Positions 1 through 13,376 of a DNA stretch of 64,000 nucleotides are shown here, in pieces. Numbering within the stretch: the stretch's first letter is position 1; every line of letters starts with the position of its first letter. Source of the stretch: Octopus bimaculoides. Taxonomy: Eukaryota. Made by a program: the position numbers and the translations under genes. The notes beneath the pieces were generated by a model, which saw only the letters and a program-made list of their open reading frames with translations, had not been told where the DNA came from and ran no database searches. The stretch spans positions 49,802,630-49,866,629 of the forward strand of contig NC_068982.1 of NCBI RefSeq assembly GCF_001194135.2, written 5' to 3'.

Positions 1-854
1 ACCAGCCTATACATAGTAACACAATTAAGCTACATACATATTACATATATACATACATACACACACGCACACACATATATATATATATATATACACATAC
101 ACATATATATACATATTACATACGTGTGTGTGTGTGTGTGTGTGTGTGCGTGTGTGTGTGTGTGTGCGTGTGTGTGTGTGTGTGGTTTTCTAGATGTATC
201 TATCAATAGTAACTAGTTTCAATTCTCTAATAAAGGCTGTGGGTACTGGTATATATGTTAATACATAGCTTTATGGAAATAGCACAGCAGAAAACTGTTT
301 TTCCTGGGATAAGCTAAAAATATAAAAATAAATAAATATATGTCTAGAATATTTAATAAAAATGTCTCCCTCTCCATCTTTCTCTCTGTATATAAATGTA
401 TGTATATCAAAACATTTATTTTGGTTTTAAATCCTACTTATGTAAGATTTTCATGTAGATATAAGCTATGCAGAAGAAGCATTGGTTGTCAACAATATGT
501 TGTTACACACTCATTTGAATGAATGAATTTCTTTCACGACAAAAAAAAAAAGCAAGCAAAAAAATCATAATAAAGTAAACAAATGTATCTAGCAAAGGAA
601 AAACAGAATAGTATTTCAAAACTAAATATCTAATAAAAGAAGACATATAACTGAGTAAGTATAAAGAAATAAAACAAATCACGTAAAAATCATAAGAAGA
701 ACACTAGAAGCTTCAAACCAAAATATCAAATCCAATAATTTAAGGCTTTAGTTAGTGAAGAATAAATCATAACTCAATTTATTGGAAAATTTTCGATAAA
801 TACTCCAATTTATGTTTGATGCATAATATAATATAACCGAACATAATATAATAT

Positions 855-897
855 CATATATATGTATGTATATATGTGCATGTATGTGTGTGTATGC

Positions 898-958
<61 letters not shown>

Positions 959-1173
959 TACATATATGTATATATATATATATATATATATAAATATATA
1001 TATATATATTNNNNNNNNNNNNNNNNNNNNNNNNNNNNNNNNNNNNNNNNNNNNNNNNNNNNNNNNNNNNNNNNNNNNNNNNNNNNNNNNNNNNNNNNNN
1101 NNNNNNNNNNNNNNNNNNNNNNNNNNNNNNNNNNNNNNNNNNNNNNNNNNNNNNNNNNNNNNNNNNNNNNNNN

Positions 1174-1212
<39 letters not shown>
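855..1212. repeat. (TA)n/(TG)n/(CA)n microsatellite with gap
   Basis: Read directly. Similar tracts at 20-182, 6760-6832, 7840-8012, 13140-13373, 32860-33135, 39465-39762, 43375-43430, 60985-61117 and 63845-64000. Confidence 0.97.
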
Positions 1213-1216
<4 letters not shown>

Positions 1217-2980
1217 GGAAATTCTGATTTAAGAGATCCATTTTTCTGTGCTTTACTTCTACAGTTTTCTCTCTTTCCCAAAATATAAATAGAGGGAAGA
1301 ACAAGTAATGTTTATAATAATATTTATATTTTGTTTATATGTGTGTATATTTGTAAGCACTCACATGCACTTACCCACATGTATACATAAATATATTTCT
1401 ATCTCACACATTGTGTGTGCATGTGTGTGCGCGCGCATGTGCATGTATGTGTGTGTTTATTAATGTAAGAAAAATAATATACCATTCTGAATCCAACAGT
1501 AATAGCTGTAATTACAATACTTATTCTTCTAAAAAGATCAGTATACACATTTGAAACAAGCAGTGATTAAAATAACATGTACATAATTTATAAACACATT
1601 TGGGTGTGTGTGTGTCAAATGCAGGACAGCATTTGATGTGAGATATAGACTTGAAGAGTAATTTAACCTAAGAGACTTTGTGCGTTAAAACATATGCACC
1701 AAATGACATTGGGAGACTGTCAGTCACCAGCATTTCTGTGTAATTTTGGTTCCTCAGAGACATATTCTACTTGATCATTTGGAGTTACCTAGGAACTTTT
1801 GTGACTATATAGAAATCAGTAAACAAAATTGTTGGTACAAGCAAAATTTTGCCCAGCTCAAAAGGGCAGAAATTGAAATATTGATGTATCCACTGTTCAT
1901 GTATTCACAAAAATGAAAGAGTGCTCAATGTGGGATTTAGTCTCAGAGGACAACTTATCCCAAGAAACATTGTAAGTTAAAAATGCAGCAAGCTGCAAAT
2001 AATATCAGCCACTGGTGTCAGATACCAATGTTTCAGCATAGTTTCTAGTGAAACTACTCAAGTGTCATTTGGTGATAGTTAAGGACCAACACTGTCATTT
2101 GGTGATGTCTAAGAACTTCTGTTCCTATACAGATATCAACAAATAAAATATTTGAGGACAAAATTTCACCATGCCAAAGATAAATAACTGTACATAATTG
2201 AAACAACAGACATTGAAATAACGATCTGTACATTATTTATAGCAGGCACCATATAGTTATTTGAAGCTTGGAACTTTTATCAATGAGGAAGTGAAATTAT
2301 GCTGAAACACTAGTAACTGTCAGTCTGAAAATGTCATTCGGAGTATGTTGTTTTGAATATACTAAGTCTCTAGAACTAAATCTCACAATGAAAACTGTTC
2401 CATATTTGTGTATAAACAGAAGGATTATAAATGATGCAGACATCAAAAGAGAATTCACATAAATTAATAGGTTTTAGACTTTGCATTGATGGCATTTTAG
2501 ATACTGCTTTTAATCAATTACATCAATCTCAATGCTTTCTCAGATAATTACTTTATCAATCTTGTAATTGGTGTAAAGGTAAGCCTACCTTAGCATAAAG
2601 GGACCTATCTGGGGTAGAAAGAAATACTACAAAGTATTTTCATTCAATGCATTGATTTTATTCAACTACCCCAACACTGATAAAAACAGTTTTTTGTATA
2701 TGAGAGACATAAACGATAGTGTTAATGCAGAAGAAAACACACATGCACATAGATATATGTGATAGGCTTGAGTACAATTTCTATTCCTCAAATTTCATAT
2801 ACATAGCACATAGACTTCATTTTAATAGCTCCAAGAAAGTTATGGGATGTTGCACAAGTACTCAGCTTGCACTGCTTCTTATGGGAAAAACAGTTGTGAA
2901 TTAATAAAGGCGATTACATAACTTCTGTTCTTTTGTCATTCATTAAGTTACACACACATACACATATATCAATTAACAAA

Positions 2981-3018
<38 letters not shown>

Positions 3019-3188
3019 CAATGACAATTCTATATTAGCATTGCAGTATACATATATACATATATACCAGGATGCAGTTATGCACTGCTAGTCACAATGA
3101 TTGTACCATTCTTTTCCATCTTTGCCTTAAAACATTTCAATGAATTGTCTTTCTATCATCGTGGAAACCTTCTGAGTAGCCTTTTCCA

Positions 3189-3223
<35 letters not shown>

Positions 3224-3559
3224 TGAGAGAGAGAGAGAGAGAGAGAATGTGTTTGTCTCCATTTGTTTTGCATTGACACCAGTTGGACAAGAATGACATT
3301 GTATATATTCTACATAAATAAAAAGACTAGCAGCTCACCAGCTGCACAAGCAAAAGTGTGGGTTAAAGCATTTTGTTTGAAAACAAATAAGGATTAATAT
3401 CAAAAAAAGATCACTCAACTATAGGATGTTTTTCCCAAGATATCTTATTTCAAAACAAACCAACACAGAAAATATGAACTTAAATTAAAAATGAGGCATA
3501 GGATTTAACTTGAGGGAGGCCTGGGTGCTATTTCTAGCAAATTTGTTGACCACATAGAG

Positions 3560-4159
3560 CAGGGTTTCTCAAACACTTTTTTTTTCTATGGACCCATTTC
3601 ATTCCTATTTTACTCTAGTGGACCCCCGGTGCCTGTCTCTCTGTCACACTCTAACCTTTCATCATCTGGCACAAGATCATCTCCTCCAGTGCCACATCAT
3701 CTCTCAAAAGATCTTTGTCTTGCAACTTACTTGGTGACCCTGCCAGTGCTGGTGCCATGTAAAAAAACATCCAGTCCACACTGTAAAGTGGTTAGCATTT
3801 GGAAGGGTATCCAGCTGTAGAAAAAACCCTGCCAAAACTGACCTCATCTGTGCCACATAAAAAGCACTCATTCCACTCCACAGTGTGGTTAGTGTTAGGA
3901 AGGGCATCCAGCCGTAAAAACCATGCCAAAACAGACAGCAAAGTATGGTGCAATCTTCTGCCTAGCTAGCTCCTGTCAAACCATCCAACCCATGCCAGCA
4001 TGGAAAGCAGACATATGATGATGATGATGAAAAATATTTTGGATAAATAAATATTTTGTATACTGTAGAATAATAACCAATTTATTATACATAAGCTTTA
4101 ACAGCAAAATCTTACATGGACCCACTAGAGGTCATTTAGACCCTGGTTGAGAACCATTG
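3560..4159. mobile_element. hAT-type MITE interrupted by a SINE
   Basis: Ends cagggtttctcaaac / ggttgagaaccattg. Degenerate 8-bp TSD acatagag / atgtagag. SINE at about 3630-4030. Confidence 0.7.
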
Positions 4160-4596
4160 ATGTAGAGGATCCCCTCACTGGTGTGTGACACATGCAAGCC
4201 ATTTATAGTTAGCAAAAAAAAAAAATGCTTCATTTAGATTCAGCCCAGCTGAACAGCCGGCGTTATCCTCTCCACTGGTTTTTACATAAACTATAATGAG
4301 ATCTTGATAAGTTGACACCAGTGTAACATTTATTTTCAGATCAGAATTTAGAATAAACTTTCAAGAAGAGTGTTTATTGATTTTTGTCAAATATTTCCCA
4401 ATAACTTGACTGCAGAACTTATTTTCTAGCATTTCCATCACATTATATCCTCAGAGCTTTCTGGAACAGCAGGAGTTTCGCAGCATGAGATCTATACATG
4501 GTAAGAAACTGGAATTCTTTTTTTTTTTTAATTTAAAAATATGGTTAAAATTTTAATGAATTTTTGAAGTTGTATTTGGTTAACAGAATTACTTAC

Positions 4597-4774
4597 TTGT
4601 CCAATGTTCTTTCATCTTGTTCATGGCCAGGTAGACTATGCAAATCTGATGGTTCTGCACTAAGCATATTCATGTTAACTGGTAATGTCTCTTTGTCTGT
4701 ACTAAATATCTCTAGTCCTGTCAAGCCTAAATAATGAAGGTCACCCCAGGTTTCGGTGAAATTTAGTTTTAAAC
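4597..4774 (-). CDS. KATNIP: KATNIP internal exon: (C)LKLNFTETWGDLHYLGLTGLEIFSTDKETLPVNMNMLSAEPSDLHSLPGHEQDERTLD(K)
   Basis: Acceptor ttttcatttgtttcag, donor gtaagt. 178 nt (2+174+2). WGDLHYLGLTGLE and D.RTLDK motifs. The next exon was not found in 1-4596. Confidence 0.96.
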
Positions 4775-4788
4775 CTGAAACAAATGAA

Positions 4789-4789
<1 letters not shown>

Positions 4790-4826
<37 letters not shown>

Positions 4827-4860
4827 TAATAATAATGATGATGATAATGATAATAATAAT
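4790..4860. repeat. (AAT)n microsatellite adjoining the exon 4597-4774 acceptor
   Basis: Read directly. Confidence 0.95.
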
Positions 4861-4899
4861 AAGGATAATCGTGAAGTATATTTGCCACTTAAATGTGGC

Positions 4900-5069
4900 T
4901 AACCCTTAAGGGTGGAGGCTACTGTAGCTTGTAGCCCCAGGAGGACACCTCCTCCAACTGGCTATTGACACACTTTCTGNNNNNNNNNNTAACCCTTAAG
5001 GGTGGAGGCTACTGTAGCTTGTAGCCCCAGGAGGACACCTCCTCCAACTGGCTATTGACACACTTTCTG
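4900..5069. repeat. Identical 80-bp duplication flanking a 10-N gap
   Basis: 4900-4979 is identical to 4990-5069. Confidence 0.95.
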
Positions 5070-5127
5070 TGCCCTATCAGTATTTGCAAAGGGAAGCCAT
5101 CTTTGCCATGTTCAACCTGACATGATA

Positions 5128-5172
5128 CACATGGACCTGAGTTTCTGGGTATTGACCCATCATCAGCGTGTG
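5128..5172 (-). ncRNA. Minimal type I hammerhead ribozyme motif, near intact
   Basis: Minus strand: CACACG-CUGAUGA-UGGGU(CAAU)ACCCA-GAAAC-UCAG-GUC-CAUGUG. Full core, perfect 5-bp stem II, GUC site, stem I 5/6 paired. Confidence 0.75.
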
Positions 5173-5364
5173 ACAATCACCGGTTGTCGATGTGAAGTGG
5201 TTCCCAATGCAAATATATATATCCTGCTTTGTCCAGTGATGAAAAATCACTGATCTCGAAAAAGTGTAACCAAGTAATAATAAATCTCTGAACGATAATA
5301 AGGATAATAAAATAATAAGGATAATAAAAATCAGAATTTCAAAAGTTCAACAATGCGAACATCA

Positions 5365-5402
<38 letters not shown>

Positions 5403-5589
5403 TTTTTTGATCGCTAGTAGTAGTAAACACATTTGACCTCTGCTGACTCCAAGGGTGTGAGGCCTCTGTGGTCCCCTTATCACACAGGAATGCCCACTGC
5501 TGATCTCCTTACCATCTACCAGATGTATTTACAGACCTATTGAATTTGGTCAATTCACCAAGCTGCTTCTCTTTCTCCTACTCTTAAGA

Positions 5590-5680
5590 TGGTTACAAAA
5601 CCAGTGATTGTAGGAGCACTTGGAATGACCAGTAAAGAAACTAAATGATGCAACCCTGAAAAACTGACTTACTAGTCAAT
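5590..5680 (+). mobile_element. RLE-type LINE fragment
   Basis: LKMVTKPVIVGALGM motif. Confidence 0.5.
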
Positions 5681-6497
5681 ATCACTAGGTAGCCGGCATA
5701 ATGAAATAGGAGCTTTATTTGCATACCCCTAATGTTACGTTATCATCATCATCATCATTTAACATCCATTTTCATGAGCATTGCTCATCCCTTTTGACTA
5801 AAAGATAGAATGGACACACACAAACACACATATGCAGTAGGCTTTATGAAACTTTCTCTGCAATAAATTCAAGCTAATGGCCAATCCAAGTCTACAGTAG
5901 AAAACACTTGCCCAAGATGTGTCTCAGAGTGGAACTGAACCTGGAACAAGGTGGTTGAGAAGCAAACATATTAGCAACTCCTTGTTTACAGCTCCCTGTA
6001 AATCTGTCTTCTATCTTTTGCTTGTTTAGGTCATTGGACAGCAGTCATGAAGGGACACCATCCTGAAGGGCTTAGTCAAGCAAACAGATATCAGTACTTA
6101 TTCCTTTTTTGAGCCTGGTACTTATTCTATCAGATTCTTTGGCTGAACTGCTAAGTTACAGTGACATAAACAAATCAACACTGGTTGTCAAGCAATAGTG
6201 TAACAAACACAAAGACACGCACACACACACACACACATACACACAAGCAAAATAGGTTACTTCTAAAATCTCTCTAAGAGAGGAACGCAGTAATTGTACT
6301 AGCAAGTAATGTTCACAGCCACTTCAACATGGCTGTTCCGTTCGAATGGACTTTACTGCAATGTTTTAAACTTAAGAAGACATCTCTAGTTGGTTAATGA
6401 GGCACAGCTGCATCCGATAAAATTGCAAGCCGGTGAATGAACCCCTACCACCTTCCAGCAATGGGACCAGCAGACCAGCATGGTTTCGGGCTATTTC

Positions 6498-6757
6498 TGC
6501 CTCTCTTCGGTACTGGACACCTCGTCTGCTAGAGATGGCAACAGCTTGCTTCTGCTTGCAATATATTTAGATTCAAGTGACATACAGTCGCTGATCTTGC
6601 AATAAGCAAAAAAAGCTAGTTCTAAAATCTCTCCAAGAGATGAACACAGTAGTTGTACTAGCAAGTAATGTCTGTAGCTGCTTGAATTTATTTATATTGC
6701 AAGCAGAAGCAAGCTATTGCCATCTCTAGCTGATGGGTTGTCCAGCACTGAAGAGAG

Positions 6758-6760
<3 letters not shown>
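6498..6760. mobile_element. Palindromic MITE-like element with about 68-bp inverted arms
   Basis: 6498-6565 versus the reverse complement of 6693-6760, few mismatches. An internal segment 6621-6671 is directly repeated at 6262-6312. Confidence 0.75.
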
Positions 6761-6837
<77 letters not shown>

Positions 6838-7092
6838 GGTTTGTTTNNNNNNNNNNACGACAGGCGTCTTTCAGTTTCTGTCTACCAAACACACTCACAA
6901 GGCTTTGATCAACCCGAAGCTATAGTAGAAGACACTTGTTCAAAGTGCCATGCAATGGGACAGAACCTCGAACCATGTGGTTGGAAGCAAGTTTTTATCA
7001 CACAGCCACTCCTGCTATATTATTCCTTAATAAGAGTAGTATTGACAATGACTCCAAAGTTTCAGCCAGCTCAACATTCATTGGACTATATA

Positions 7093-7147
<55 letters not shown>

Positions 7148-7929
7148 GGTTTGTTTCAGTGTTCATTTATGAAATCCACTCACAAGGCACTTGCCCCAAG
7201 TACCACGCAGTGAGACTGAACCAAAGACCATATGATTGGGAAAAAAAGTGTCTTAACCACACAGTCATGCCTGCAGCTATATTCTATAACAACTCATTTC
7301 AACCAGAAATAGTTTGGATATTTAGTAATGGCTACATAAAAAATAAAATTTTAGCAAGTAAAAATAGCAATTAACAATTACTTTCTTCAAATATTTCTTT
7401 TTCTGTAAATAAACTAAATAAACTAAATGCATCTAGAAAACATATTTTGTGATAATCTCACTTTTATCCTTGGTAAATATTGGCCAATTACCCACACACT
7501 TAAGGCATCTATGGAAGAAGCAAACCTTAGATTTCTTAACTGCTATGTCAAAGACTGCGTGCCATCAATAATATGAATTGGCATGCTAGTTCTAAATTAT
7601 ATACTTTAAGAAGCAGGCACAGATTTGCTGTTAACTACACCACTTGCAATTCTTATTGTAGAAAACCACTTTAAGAAACCCTAAACAAATGGTAATCTGT
7701 TGGTAGAAACATATTTGTAGACAGGCATTACAAAAATCAAATGTCAATAATCGCTTCACAGACACACACTCAAACTCTCACACATCTGTACATATGTATG
7801 TGTACATGTGAGTATACTTACAAATATATATATATATATATATATATATTTGTATATACACACACAGATACAGATATGTAAATACATAGATATAGATACA
7901 CAAATGTACGTGTGTATGTNNNNNNNNNN

Positions 7930-8008
<79 letters not shown>

Positions 8009-8544
8009 TATCACATGATAGGTGACTGACTGATTGCTTTCAAGCAGAGACCATTAGTAGAAGTCATGTTCATTAGTGGAAGTCACATTCCTTTGTATCA
8101 ACTTCCAAACAATCTTCTTGATATTGTAAATATAGCTATAAATAATAACAATAATAATAATTGTAGTAGTAAAAACATGAAAAACTCAGAAACACAACAC
8201 ACACACACACACCCACACACATACATAGTAATCATATGTAGATAAAATGGTACTGCCATTGTAGCATATGTCAATTAGGGAATGCATTGGTAGAATTTAT
8301 TCAGTTCACAGAAAGTCAAATGTGGAAACTAAGTTCCTAAAAGCTTCTATTCAACATTTCTTTTCTATAGCAAAATGAAAATTTTTTTTTTAAAAAAAAG
8401 GAAGATTGCTGAGCTATATCATTAAAAGATGCATTCTTCTATAATAACTGTTATGCTTTTCCAGGAGGGTGGCCTACAAAGTTTTTCTCTATGGCTATAG
8501 TTCTATAAATACAGACAAACATATTTAAGAAGAATTGTTAAGAA

Positions 8545-9528
8545 ATAACAATGATAATGATAATGGTTTTAAAATTTCTGACACAAGACCAGCAATTTCA
8601 GGGAAGGGGATAAGTCAGTTACATCGACCCCCCAGTACTCAACTAGTACTTATTTCATCGACCTCAAAACATGAAAGGCAAAGCTGATGCCAGCAGCGGA
8701 ATTTGAAATCAGAACATAAAAATTAACAAAGTGCTACTAAGCATTTTGCCCGGCATCTAGTTGATTCTTTCATTTCACCACCTTAAGAAATAATAATAAT
8801 AATAATAATAATATGGGAACTGCCCATATCCTACGTAAAATACTGTCTATGTGATCTCAAATTTTAAAACAAACACATAATTTTCTTATGGTTTCTTAAA
8901 CATTCTCTAGAACAACACTATGTACAAATCCAAATATATGGTACCCTAGGCATAACACCTACATGAACTTCTAACTTGTCTCTTGAGGTCTCTGGGTGAG
9001 ACTTGGATCCAACTTGTACAAATGCAAAACAAAAGTCAAACATAAAATAACAATAATAACAATAACAATAATAATAATAATCCTTTCAACTATAGGCACA
9101 AGGCCTGCAATTTGTAGGAGGGGGATAGTCGATTACATCAACCCCAGTACTCAACTGGTACTTATTTCATCGACCCTGAAAGGATGAAATGCAAAGTTGA
9201 CATCAGAGGAATTTGAACACAGAAAGTAAAGATGGATGAAATGCCACTAAGCATTTTGCCTGATGTGCTAATGATTCTGACAGCTTGTTACCTTAACGAT
9301 AACCCTTTCTACTATAGGCACAAGGTCTGAATTTTTGTGGGGAGGGGGACAATCGATCATATTGGCTCTAGAATTTGACTGGTACTTAATTTATCAACCC
9401 TGAAATGATGAAAGGCAAAATCAACCTTGGCAGAATCTGAACTCAGAACGTAGTGAAAGACGAAATACTGCTAAGCATTTCGCCTGGCATTCTAATGATT
9501 CTGCTGGCTCACCGCCTTAATAATAATA

Positions 9529-9561
<33 letters not shown>

Positions 9562-9795
9562 ACAACAATAATAATAAACCTTTGTACAATAAGTAAGAAG
9601 CCTGAAATTTGTGGGGAAGGGATAAGTCGATTACGTTAAACCCTGTGCTCAAATGGTACTTATTTTATCAATCCCAAAAGGATGAAAGGCAAAGTGGACT
9701 TCAGTAGAATTTGAACTCAGAATGTAAGGATGGATAAAGTGCTGCTAAGTACTTTGCTCAGTGTGCTAATGATTCTGCCAGTGCACTGCCTTATG
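8545..9795 (-). mobile_element. Cluster of four head-to-tail tRNA-derived SINEs (OR1-like) with (ATT)n tails
   Basis: Shared body tcgacccc..actggtacttattt.atc.accc.gaaaggatgaaaggcaaag...gctaagcattt at about 8545-8786, 9045-9295, 9296-9520 and 9521-9795. Confidence 0.85.
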
Positions 9796-9829
9796 ATGAT
9801 GATAATAATACTAATTTCCTGTAGTAATT

Positions 9830-9905
9830 GGTGCATTAGGAACTGTGAGTAATGATATAGACAAATGGTTGAAGGAGATTGGAACATAATGTCCTGTAGA
9901 GCTTC
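9830..9905 (+). mobile_element. RLE-type LINE fragment
   Basis: IGALGTVSNDIDKWLKEIG, same family as the 24.3-kb fragment. Truncated by a SINE. Confidence 0.6.
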
Positions 9906-11019
9906 CCACATAGGGTGCTGGTTCCGGGTTCAGTCCCACTGATTGGCACCTTCGGCAAGTGTCTTCTAGTATAGTCTCAGGCTGACCTAAGTCTTCTGAG
10001 TCGATTTGGTAGATGGAAACTGAAAAAAGCCTATTGTATATTTTATATGTGTGTGTGTGTGTGTGTGTCTTCATGTCTGTGGTTGTTGTCTTCCACCACC
10101 ACCACTTGACAACCAGTGATGGTGTGTTTACGTTCCAGTAACTTAGTGGTTCAGCAATAGACTCTCACAGAATAAGTGCCAGGCTTTAAAAAAATATATA
10201 CTGGGATCAGTTCATTCGATTAAAAATTCTTCAACTGCACTCTCAAGATTGAAATGAGTGAAGGATAAAAAGCAAGCATTTTGTGTTGTGTGCTAATGAT
10301 TCTGTCAAGAAGAATGCAATATGATAAATAATAAATAGAGATTGAGTCTGTTTATTGAAATGAATAATATTTTGACAGGACATGTCTTCTTCAAAATGAA
10401 ATATGAAAAATACACACAAATACAGAAATTTAAAAGTTGAAGTAGAATATTCTATATTGCTTTCCAGACAAAATGACGTTATCAGGTTTTGCTTCTTCAT
10501 AACCAGTAAGAAGGAAAAAGAAGAAAAAAGGGAAATGGAGAAGGAAGGAAAAAAAAAAAAAAAAGCAAATAGGATAAAGAAAACTCCATCAAAAGTTTTG
10601 TGTAAATGTGAAAGAATTCTTCTGTCATTTTGTTCATTCCTCCAGGAGATGATGCTAGTAAGTCACAAATATATTTCACCTTTTTGAGGACTGAAAGTGC
10701 AGCAGAGTCAGAATATTTCCTGAGAATACATTTTCAAGAGTTCCTCAAATTTATAGCAATTTGATGTAAAATGTTAGGCAAGTTTTGTCGAAGTACTGTC
10801 ATTGTACTTGACTTCATACCTATGTCCACTGAATCTTTTATTTCATTTTTCTGTTGTGCAAACTATTATAAATTGAGTTGCATTTGTTGTACTCAGCTGC
10901 ATACACCAAAATGGTAATAGCTACAGTTCCAATTTTTTGTATAAATTTTAACATTTCTGTAATGAGGTGAAACAAATCTACCAATGTGAGGTAAATCAAT
11001 CAAAAACAGAGAACATTAA

Positions 11020-11640
11020 ATTTGATCCAAGTGCTTCTCAAGCATGATATGCCGTGCTTGAGAAGACTCATCAAGCCAAGCGAAACCATGATCGTAGCTG
11101 ACGCCAGTGACATGTAACAGGCACCCATGCTGGTGGCACATAGAAAGCACCTTTCGAACATTAGGCATCATGCAGGTGATAAGTGATTGAGAACTTTGGC
11201 GAGAAGCCATGTCTGGAAAGACTCATCAAGCCAAGGGAAATCATAGTTATGGCTGATGTCAGTGTCACATAACAGTCACCTGTATTGGTGGCACATAAAA
11301 AGCACCTTTCGAACATTGGGCCTAATGGAGGTGATAAGTGACTGAGACCTTTGGCAATATGCCATGCTTGAGAATGCTTATCAAGCCAAGGGAAATCATA
11401 GTTGCAGCCAACGCCAGTGTCATGTAACTAGCACCAATGTTAGTGGGACATAAAAAGCACCCATTACACTCTTGGAGTGATTGGTATTAGGAAGAGCATC
11501 CAGCCATAGAAACCATGCCAAATTAGACTGGAACCTGGTGCAGCTCCCCAGCTAACAACTTTCAGTCAAACCGTCTAACCCATGCTCGCATGGAAAGCAG
11601 GAGCTAAATGATGACAGCGATGGTGATGATGATGATGATA
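11020..11640 (+). repeat. Octopus SINE-like element with an internal 155-bp tandem repeat (about 2.7 units)
   Basis: gcc(a/g)tg...tcaagccaag.gaaa recurs at 11051, 11206 and 11361, followed by the common catccagc...catggaaagcag...(gat)n tail. Confidence 0.85.
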
Positions 11641-13319
11641 TAATGAAATCAGAGAATTAAAACAAAACCACTCACACATACTTAAGCGTAGAGAAAATGG
11701 TAAGATATAGTGTACGCAAATGAAGGAGGAAATTAAAAAAGTGTGCTGCTGGAGAATCAGAGTTATATTAAAAGCTAAACTCATTGCAAGAAATAAGATA
11801 ATAGAACACTAGAAATAAAACAATGTATACATATACAAGGTATATCAGTTAAAAATTACAGCTTTTAAAGCTATACTTTAAATGCAACTTTAAAATGAGT
11901 AACTTAAAGAACTTGGACAAAAGACAAAATAGGAAACTACTACAGCTTTCGGAAGCTACCACCTTAAAAACCAATAGAGACAGGAAGACAAGAGTACACA
12001 TGGTGGTATATCAGAAGATCACATGAAATTGGTGATGATGATGATGGCAATAGTTACAGAAGTGCTGAAAATAGTTACAGACAGTAAGGAGCTGTATGCT
12101 TCTGGTGACAGAATTCCCAGACTTGTTTTGATTCATTACTAGGGTCATTTTCTTTACTGGTATTGTTAATACATTTGGAAAAGGTAGAAGTATTCCAATT
12201 TGAATTTTCCCTCCCCTGAAATTCTCAGGCTTTATGCCAACATAACTATTATTAAAACAACATTATTTTGGCAAGTAATCCACAAACATCTTTAATATTT
12301 CTCAATATATATTTATGCACTATAATAGCGAGAACAATATTTATGACTAAGGCCAGCCAGCAGGACATTTTGTTCTATTGTTGTTACTCATGTTATTTCA
12401 TATATTATGTACTGGAACAATCTACAAGCTGGTTAACAGTTTTAACTAATGTATTGTAAGTTGAGGTTTCCTTTGTGTATTTGGTTCCATAGATTTGCAC
12501 ATGATGTATGCTTGTTTGAAGCAAAACTGGTTAAATTTAGCTCTCAAACAAATAACATTAAAATATATAAATAAATTGAAAATATATGATAAGAAATGCT
12601 AAGTCATAATGTGAAAATTCAGCATTTTATATTAATAAATAGATTAATGTTTAGCAGCAGAAATCTGTATGATTCACATGTGGTCGCCTTACCCTTTCTC
12701 TTTTAACCTCTCTTACTTTCACAATACATATGTACTCACAAAAGCATGATTACGGAAATAATTTTTATAAGTTTATTTGGCATGGTTTTACTACTACACA
12801 TGCTTAAGATTGATCAATGTTGTGTATTTTAAGTCTGATAGATAGAAACTGTGTGGAAATCTGTATTTCTATCAATTTATCTACCTATCTATCTATAGAT
12901 AAATACACTGATATATATACATACAAACATACATATATATTTTAAGTTTCTCTCTCCTTCATTAGGGTGTTATTTATATACATATCTGAGGAGGTGCCTC
13001 TCCAGTGTCTAAAACTGCAAATATTACGTGATTTTTCTTAATTTTCACGTAAACTGGCATTGCAAATGGAAATGGCATGGAAACATTTGTAACTTATAAT
13101 TAAAGATGTGTTAATGAATTGTCTTTGTCTTCTTTTGACTGTGTATGTATATGCGTGTGTGTGTGTGTGTGTCTGTGTCTGTGTGTATGTATGTGTGTGT
13201 GTGCATATATGTATATGTGTGAGTGTGTGTGTGTATATATANNNNNNNNNNNNNNNNNNNNNNNNNNNNNNNNNNNNNNNNNNNNNNNNNNNNNNNNNNN
13301 NNNNNNNNNNNNNNNNNNN

Positions 13320-13375
<56 letters not shown>

Positions 13376-13376
<1 letters not shown>

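Noticed and set aside
748-1304. YI/IY-repeat ORFs here and at 6.7, 7.8, 13.1, 32.8, 39.4 and 56.4 kb
   Set aside because: (TA)n/(CA)n microsatellites and N gaps read through as X.
1620-2000. Possible decayed C2H2 zinc-finger gene or next KATNIP exon
   Set aside because: Only vague Cys/His spacing with stops; the expected LIDG/HMW motif was not found anywhere in 1-4596.
6826-7160. Repeat of (TA)n-aaaatgggtttgttt at 6831-6846 and 7141-7156
   Set aside because: The first copy ends at an N gap; most likely an assembly or haplotype artefact.
10497-10860. Open stretch on the minus strand (KVKYICDLLASSPGGMNKMTEEFF)
   Set aside because: No recognisable homology, and KATNIP alignment leaves no room for an extra exon between 22729 and 4774.
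8545-11480. CRISPR-like regular repeats
   Set aside because: Eukaryotic SINE copies and 155-bp minisatellite units; no constant short repeat with unique spacers and no cas genes.
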